In this document: positions 58,198-64,000 of the stretch, piece by piece
How positions within the stretch are numbered: position 1 is the first letter of the stretch
How the letters are laid out: each line of letters opens with the position of its first letter
Assembly (NCBI GenBank): GCA_963703955.1
Contig: CAVPGK010000017.1
Coordinates: forward strand, 160,001-224,000
DNA length: 64,000 nucleotides
Direction: 5' to 3'
Origin: Nitrospirota bacterium
GTDB taxonomy: Bacteria > Nitrospirota > Nitrospiria > Nitrospirales > Nitrospiraceae
Position numbers and translations under genes: made by a program
The notes under the pieces: generated by a model
Databases searched by the model: none
Seen by the model: the letters and a program-made list of their open reading frames with translations, nothing else
Told to the model about the DNA's origin: nothing

Positions 58198-58413
58198 ATG
58201 AATTACTTAGTAGAAGACTTTCTGGAAGAATCGAAAGAGCCAAGTCTTTGCCTTAAATGCTTTATCAAACTAAAAGTCGGGGTGACCGACGCGGAAAAGC
58301 CGTTCTTGCTGTCTGAGGAAGTTTCTACCTTGATGAATCAGAAGGGAATGTATTTTAAGCAAGGCACATGCGCTGAGTGCGGAAAGGAAGGCGAGGTCAT
58401 CGCTAGTCAATAA
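58198..58413 (+). CDS. Small Zn-finger hypothetical protein
   Basis: CLKC and CAEC motifs; ATG after GGGGAAG. Confidence 0.6.
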   Translation: MNYLVEDFLEESKEPSLCLKCFIKLKVGVTDAEKPFLLSEEVSTLMNQKGMYFKQGTCAECGKEGEVIASQ

Positions 58414-59028
58414 AGAAAGAACCCAAAACCGATCACTGCCTAGATTCTGCACCGATAGAGGTCATCTTCACTTCCCCACACCACGCGCCTTGACGAGAAA
58501 GCCGGGACATCGTTATACGGAGGCAGGCGGATCATCCGCGCCGCCCTGCAATAATGCCAGTGAACAAATAAGACCCTGCGCGGTCATCCTTCATCCACTC
58601 TCCTCCGTTGCCTTTCGCGGTCCTCTAAGCGTGCATATGAATTGACCACCCTTGTGGCAAAAGCATAAACTGAGGGGAAGAATACTTAGTGAGGGGCCTT
58701 TCTTCGCAATAGATGCATAGATGACAGACTGCAATCTCTCGGTTGTTTTGGTCCTCAAGGGGCGTGGTGCGCTACGGAGTGGTCCCATTATTACCTCCCA
58801 GGTATATACTTCTAAAGACTTATTACCATTCCATCTGGCTCGCAATTGCTCAGTTAGAGTTCCCATGGCCACTTGGTCTTCTGCACGCATCGGCAGGCGT
58901 ATTGTCAAACCTCCTCCTTGCATTTCCTCCTTAAACGCTCTGAATATCCCGCAATTCAGTTTAGTTTTAGGGGATGCTCTCTTGAGTCGGTCTCAACCTG
59001 CGGTTAAGCTTATAGGACAAACTGAGCT

Positions 59029-59760
59029 ATGAAATCACCAGTACAAAGTCGAATGGGCTTTGCTGCTCCGGGATGTTAGGGAAGAAATTATTGGACTTCT
59101 CGCCAACCGATACATCTTCAGAACAGTGCAGGAGATCATTCGACGCAATACCCGTTTTCGGGCATGTCCTGCGATGTTCAACCATTGGACATGGACCGTA
59201 TATTCTGCAGCGAATGGCATCGGGTCAGGCGTCTTGCGAGCGAGTCTTCCGAGAGTAACGATGTCAGCCTTGACCGTTTGTTCAGCGAGATGATTCGGGA
59301 TGCCGGTAAACTCTGGGAGCCTTTCCAGCATCATTTTCGGATCGATCTGGCTAAGGCGTATGCCGAGGCAGCGAAGGGAGTCTCCAACGACGATAAGCAA
59401 TGCAAAGTGGAGGCGTGCAGACGGCTGATTAGTGCAGATCGCAAGTTGCTCCGCAAAGCGACAGACAAGGCCATTCATTTCGCCAGTAAGAGAGTCGCGC
59501 ATAGGAATCCGACCATGCCGGTACATACGACGTTCAATGATCTTGATCAGGCCGTTGACATGGTAAAGAATCTAACTGAGAAGTATCTCTTGCTGGTGTA
59601 TGACAGGAACTTCGATCTGCTCAAAGACATGAAAGAGAAAAAACTGACGAAGAGATGGGATGAAGTCTTTTTGATTCCGTGGGCGACACCAGAAATTCTT
59701 GCGCTACCTTTAGGGGATATACCGCCATCACGAGTTCCTGGACGTTCCCGCAACACATGA
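59029..59760 (+). pseudogene. HEPN (AbiU2-like) protein with two homopolymer frameshifts
   Basis: Joins as MNHQYKVEW...AANGIG|VRRL...VSLDRL...ASKRVAH; shifts at A3 59032-34 and G3 59222-24. Confidence 0.55.
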
Positions 59761-59812
59761 ACTGCTGCATCCGTCAAACCTGATATTGCTCTCTCTCCTG
59801 AGTTGGCATGTC

Positions 59813-60455
59813 TCAGTCCTTCCATGCCATGGGCCTCAAAGTGATCTCACCTACGAGATTCCGAATTTGTTCCCGCATCGGGTCGATGTGACGCAGAGGA
59901 ACGTTGGCCAAAATGTTGACCACCGCCTCGTATCGTTCCCTGGCACGGGGCAGCAAGTTTACCACCTTATCGAACTGCTGCGCGCCATTCTCAAGCCGTG
60001 CGCGTAGCCGGTCGCGTGAGGCTTCTAAGCGTTCGAGTTCGGCTTTCGTGCTCGCTGTGAAGATCCCCTGCTTGATTGCGTTCAGCAGGTGGGCGATCTC
60101 CGATTCGACCGTGGCGAGGTCCTTGTGCACCCGGCCGAGGTCCGGTCCTTGCTGTCGCTTGCGCTCAGCCAGTAGGCGCGTCATCTCCTTGACAAAGAGG
60201 GCAAACCGCTCTGGCGTAAACAACTCCCGCCGAAGTCCGTCAAGGCAACGCGCCTCGACCAGGTCACGACGGACGCGTAACGTGTTCGAGTAGGCTCGCC
60301 GATTAAGGGCGCCCGCGCAGCCATAGCGATAGGTGTCCGCCATGACGAACCGACTCCCGCACACACCACAGGTCAACAGTCCGGAGAACAGATATTTACC
60401 GTTGATCACCGGTGTCCCCTTCTTCATTTCCGGACGAGATTTGTGGCGCGCCTTC
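59813..60455 (-). pseudogene. C-terminal fragment of a large serine recombinase (Zn-ribbon/coiled coil)
   Basis: KYLFSGLLTCGVCGSRF...YGC, coiled coil; catalytic domain missing. Confidence 0.8.
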
Positions 60456-60722
60456 TGGTTGACGAACACAGCGATTTCTTCGGCCCGTCTCTATTGGGAA
60501 AATAAGTTCAGCTATTTCAACGCCAAAAACGTCTCCATCCCGGCTGCCGTAAGCGTCTTTCCTGACGAGCTCTATCAAGCGCCGCGGAGTTGGACAGAGC
60601 GGGCGTATCCCAAACTCATCCATTACAACAAGCTCGACAAAGGCGGGCACTTTGCGGCCTGGGAACAGCCGCAACTCTTTTCAGAAGAGGTTCGTGCGGG
60701 CTTCAGACCACTGCGCAAATAG
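60453..60722 (+). pseudogene. C-terminal fragment of an epoxide hydrolase
   Basis: FWLTNTAISSARLYWE...VFPDE...GGHFAAWEQP. Confidence 0.85.
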
Positions 60723-60889
60723 TGGAGCAGAGGATGTTCTATTGCCTTCACGTTTGACCGCATCTCGCGATCTGGGTTTCTTGTGGGCTTAGGTTGTCGT
60801 AGGTTGGACTATCTGATTCGTAAACCGCAGGTGAGTTCCGATCTCCACTCACTTCACGGGAATGCGCAGGGGGGTCCGAAATGCCGCTA

Positions 60890-60961
60890 AAATCGGGCCT
60901 CCGCAACCAAAGGATCAAAGGTTCCCCTAAGGGGTTAGCCAACGGTTGGTTAACCCTTTTT
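60890..60961 (+). other. Degenerate tRNA-fMet 3'-end duplicate (att-like) plus terminator hairpin
   Basis: AAATCGGGCCTCCGCAACCAA vs 57285-57305 AAATCCTTCCCCCGCAACCAA (17/21), followed by GGGTTAGCCAA-CGG-TTGGTTAACCC-TTTTT. Confidence 0.55.
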
Positions 60962-61137
60962 ATGTTCTGATGGTTGATTGTCGGTGTTTTGACCGCGTTC
61001 TTCTCCCATCCTCGCCCCTACGGCCAAGAGGCTGCCTGCACAAACTGGACACGAGCCATTGAGACGCGCGGGGAAGGAGGGAGTGGCGATCTCATCCTGA
61101 AGGCTGGAAATTCACAACCAAGGACCAGGATCGGGAC

Positions 61138-61392
61138 TTACTCGTTGCGTTCTGGTCCCGAGGCAACACTCGCTAGCGTGGATGTCATCCTGGGAAACAG
61201 GGCGAGTTCACCGTCTCCCACTTTGAGGCGATATCCGTCCTCTCGCTTCTCTAAATACGTCCACGACACCTGTTCAATCCTCCCGGAAGGGAGGACCACT
61301 TCGGCGATCAGTGGGTTCAGGGCGGTCTGATCTAAGAGCACGCGGGAAAGGTGTCCCCAGGGTTTGCCATTGCGCTTATAGAAGGGCGACAT
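61138..61392 (-). CDS. Small hypothetical protein
   Basis: MSPFYKRNGKPWGHLSRV...; overlaps the stop of the upstream membrane peptide; the ORF track allows a start at 61458. Confidence 0.5.
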   Translation of the reverse strand: MSPFYKRNGKPWGHLSRVLLDQTALNPLIAEVVLPSGRIEQVSWTYLEKREDGYRLKVGDGELALFPRMTSTLASVASGPERNE

Positions 61393-61546
61393 CGGGAATA
61401 CGTCCTTTCGACGCGCCGTGTGTGAGGTGGGCGTGTCGGTATCGGCAGTACCACTCATGACCTAAGGAGGCGCCCAAGAAGAGTCCCGCAACGATCATCA
61501 GCAGGATTAGGGCAACGACGCAATAGATCACCACGAACAGATCCAT
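61376..61546 (-). CDS. Small single-pass membrane protein (56 aa)
   Basis: SD AGAGGAG; MDLFVVIYCVVALILLMIVAGLFLGASL. Confidence 0.55.
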   Translation of the reverse strand: MDLFVVIYCVVALILLMIVAGLFLGASLGHEWYCRYRHAHLTHGASKGRIPDVALL

Positions 61547-62179
61547 CGGGGGTCTCCTCTAAAAGCGAACGGGACATCATCATTTAGCGGAAATGGAAAC
61601 GGGATTCCTATTGGACAACGGTCGTACACCCAACGGAGGAGTCGGAGCGTGAGGACGCCGCCAGTTCATCCCGCGGTGTCGCTGCGCGATCGGATTAGCT
61701 GTCGAACCTCCGACAGAACCGGCGTCCGCCCTTTAAGGCGGTCCCACTGCTCACACCGCTGAAGATGAGCTACGAGCGGCGAAGAACGAGCCGAAAATCC
61801 TACACGGCGATCGTTGGTGGGTTAGAGGAGATGCGGCGGGAGACGGTCGACCTTGTTCGTGAACCCGCGGCAGGGGGGTATGGAGCACATAGGCTGGTCA
61901 ACAACCCAGCCGAAGGGAATGCGCCACTCACACTTCAGCTATTGGTGGACCTGTAGCATGAACGAAGTGCAGTGTTAGTGATTCTGTCTCATGGTGTATC
62001 ACTTCAGATAAAGGCGTTATCTCATCTGATATATCCGTAACGAGACGGACGCTTCCTTCCATGTTCAGACCCGTATATTTCGTTGAAATTACGGCGATCT
62101 TGGTGGTGTGCAGCATTAATGAAATGGGCACTTATCTTGCTCACTCCATCAAAGCAAGGCATTGAATAGGGAGTTCCAC

Positions 62180-62266
62180 ATGGTCATTGTAATTGCTGTC
62201 GTTGCGTGGTTGTTCATCATTGGATACCTGGGTACGGAGGTATCGTCATGGCTATCGGAGTTCTGA
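62180..62266 (+). CDS. 28-aa hydrophobic peptide
   Basis: SD GGGAG; MVIVIAVVAWLFIIGYLGTEVSSWLSEF. Confidence 0.4.
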   Translation: MVIVIAVVAWLFIIGYLGTEVSSWLSEF

Positions 62267-62481
62267 AAACCGCGCTAAGACTGATCGGAGTGTTGGTGGC
62301 GTATGCTCGGCACCTAACACTCTGTAGGACGGAACCTTCCGGTAGCTCTTCTGAAGAGTATTTGGGTGCCGAGGCCATAGTGCCCACAGAAGCGATGCGT
62401 TACTTGGCGGCAAATAGTAAAGGTACGCATCCCAGGCTTTTCTTTTCAAAACTCCGAACTCGAATCACCGAAGCCGCCTAA
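62248..62481 (+). CDS. Hypothetical protein
   Basis: SD GGAGGT before ATG 62248. Confidence 0.35.
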   Translation: MAIGVLKTALRLIGVLVAYARHLTLCRTEPSGSSSEEYLGAEAIVPTEAMRYLAANSKGTHPRLFFSKLRTRITEAA

Positions 62482-62997
62482 CAATGAAGCCACATTTGCT
62501 TGTGGCAGGTTATTAAACTCTCGTCAAGAGCCGGGCCGACCAAAGCTGTCATTTGTCATTCTCACCCGTGACGGATTAGGCTCTACGCAGCGAATATCAC
62601 TTATCCCAGTCCCCGCTTCCCGGCATCATCCTCATGCGCATGTCTTACGACAACCTTTCTCACTCGTGCCTCTTCCGCTCTACGAGCACGGATAGTCTGT
62701 TCAGTTAGGCGAGGGGAATTCAAGCATCCTACTACGCGAAAAAAGTCCCGTGAGAACAGCCATGAATTGATCTGATTGCTAGGAGGATAAACTCGGAGCG
62801 CGAAGAATCTACATATATATGGAGGTCACGATGAGATGAGGTGCATCAAACGCTTGACCCGTCCACGGATTCACCGAGAGCAATTGAAGGCGGGACTGTG
62901 CAACGTCTGGTCGACGGACATGAGAAGATTCTGGAGGGCGAGGCGCCTTACGTGTCGCCTTGGTGGTTCGATGAGGAGGAGAGGAGGCTCCTGTGCA

Positions 62998-63261
62998 TTA
63001 AGCGACGTCCATTCTGGGATTGGGGGAAATCTTGGCGCAGACGCGGATACGCCGTCCCGCAAGCTCTGCTCCATTGAGAATCTCGATCGCGTGCGCAGCT
63101 TGTGCCGGACTCGCAAAGACGACAAATCCAAATCCTAGGCACCCCCCGGCTTTGGACATTGCTATGATCACGCGAAGCGCCCCATAGGGCTGGAAGAAGG
63201 TGTGAAAATCTTCGTTCGTGAGATGGGGAGGTAAGTTATCGACAAAGACCGTATTGGACAT
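62998..63261 (-). CDS. RRM RNA-binding protein
   Basis: VFVDNL (RNP2), LGFGFVVF (RNP1), AIEILNG...GRRIRV; SD GGAG. Confidence 0.85.
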   Translation of the reverse strand: MSNTVFVDNLPPHLTNEDFHTFFQPYGALRVIIAMSKAGGCLGFGFVVFASPAQAAHAIEILNGAELAGRRIRVCAKISPNPRMDVA

Positions 63262-63300
63262 GCGCCCATTCTCCGCTGCATGATGGCCCTTCCCAGTACA

Positions 63301-63564
63301 TCACGTGGCGTGCAGCGTGGGATCGGAGGTATGCATCGCACGGACATGGATGCGCCTCCCCTTGAGTTCAGCGTCATTCAAGGTTTGAATCGCTTGCTCG
63401 GCAGCAGCAGGTGTGTAGCAAACTACGAGACCAAAGCTATTGTGCGTACGTGGCCTGTCCCAGGCCAGGATGACGTGGACGGGCCCAAAGGGTGCAAATA
63501 GGTCCTCCAGCTGTGCTGTTGTGAGATCGAAGGGATGGTTTTCCACGAAGACTGTGGTGTCCAC
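63301..63564 (-). CDS. Divergent RRM RNA-binding protein
   Basis: VFVENHP, LFAPFG, NSFGLVVC (degenerate RNP1), AIQTLND...GRRIHV. Confidence 0.75.
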   Translation of the reverse strand: MDTTVFVENHPFDLTTAQLEDLFAPFGPVHVILAWDRPRTHNSFGLVVCYTPAAAEQAIQTLNDAELKGRRIHVRAMHTSDPTLHAT

Positions 63565-64000
63565 CGGGAATGCTCGTCAATAACCGTCAATATGCGCGTG
63601 CCTCATCACCATAACAATTGGACGAAGGTCGTAAGCCTTCCCGGTATGGCATCTGATTTGCCCCCAATGTTAGGCCATCGTCAGGTTCGCAAGGCCGGCG
63701 CAGCACCTCTGGACTCCGGTGACCAATCCCCAGCGCACTGTGTATCCGGTGTGTGTTGTAATGTTTCCGCCGCTATGATGATGCGGTGCTGGCGAGTTTA
63801 GATGTTGAAACTTGGTGCGCGTTCAAATTACTTCCCATTGGTGAGTAGCCAGCGCAATCAACGCCGCGTCAGATCAGCAGCGCGTTCCGCCTACTGCACA
63901 CACTTTCCTGCGTAAGTGGCAGGTCGGTGGTCCGATCACATGGTGGCAAATTACTACTCCAACTCCAAAGGCAATTCATAAGGACGTGAGCGGTCCAATG

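Noticed and set aside
58480..58930. Possible ncRNA or minus-strand ORF 58591..58923
   Set aside because: Pairing is short and imperfect, SD spacing is only 2 nt, and the protein has no recognisable motif
59813..60469. Functional integrase
   Set aside because: Catalytic serine-recombinase domain absent, and the apparent start lies inside the epoxide hydrolase fragment

Overview
A ~58% GC bacterial chromosome segment whose gene content and repeat style suggest Nitrospira/Nitrospirota (inference; no rRNA is present to confirm). Most of it is core genome: gpmA; aroK/aroE; trmI; nfeD-SPFH; a sigma-70 factor; an HtrA protease-lipB-gdh block; a long minus-strand run yebC-ruvA-orf-ruvB and pheA-hisC-aroF-tyrA-aroA-cmk-plsC-rpsA-sppA-ihf; an Rrf2-led sulfate assimilation operon (sulfite reductase-HEPN-TusA fusion, cysH, DsrE-like, TrpD-like, cysD, cysNC) followed by Mrp and a PCP_red-repeat protein; tRNA-Val-thrS-infC-rpmI-rplT convergent with fmt-rsmB-rpe and an archaeal-type pheS-pheT. 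Three tRNAs are present (Arg-UCG, Val-GAC, initiator Met). Decayed accessory islets lie at the 3' ends of tRNA-Arg (640-2395) and tRNA-fMet (57305-64000). The main signals are: a promoter-driven ~78-nt three-way-junction RNA with an exposed anti-Shine-Dalgarno loop (19569-19647); a repeat family with covarying stems and a fixed loop, found in a tandem array and nested in MITE-like elements; the unusual sulfur-relay architecture of the cys operon; and non-canonical start codons for cmk and infC. Several single-base frameshifts in homopolymers are probably sequencing or assembly errors.
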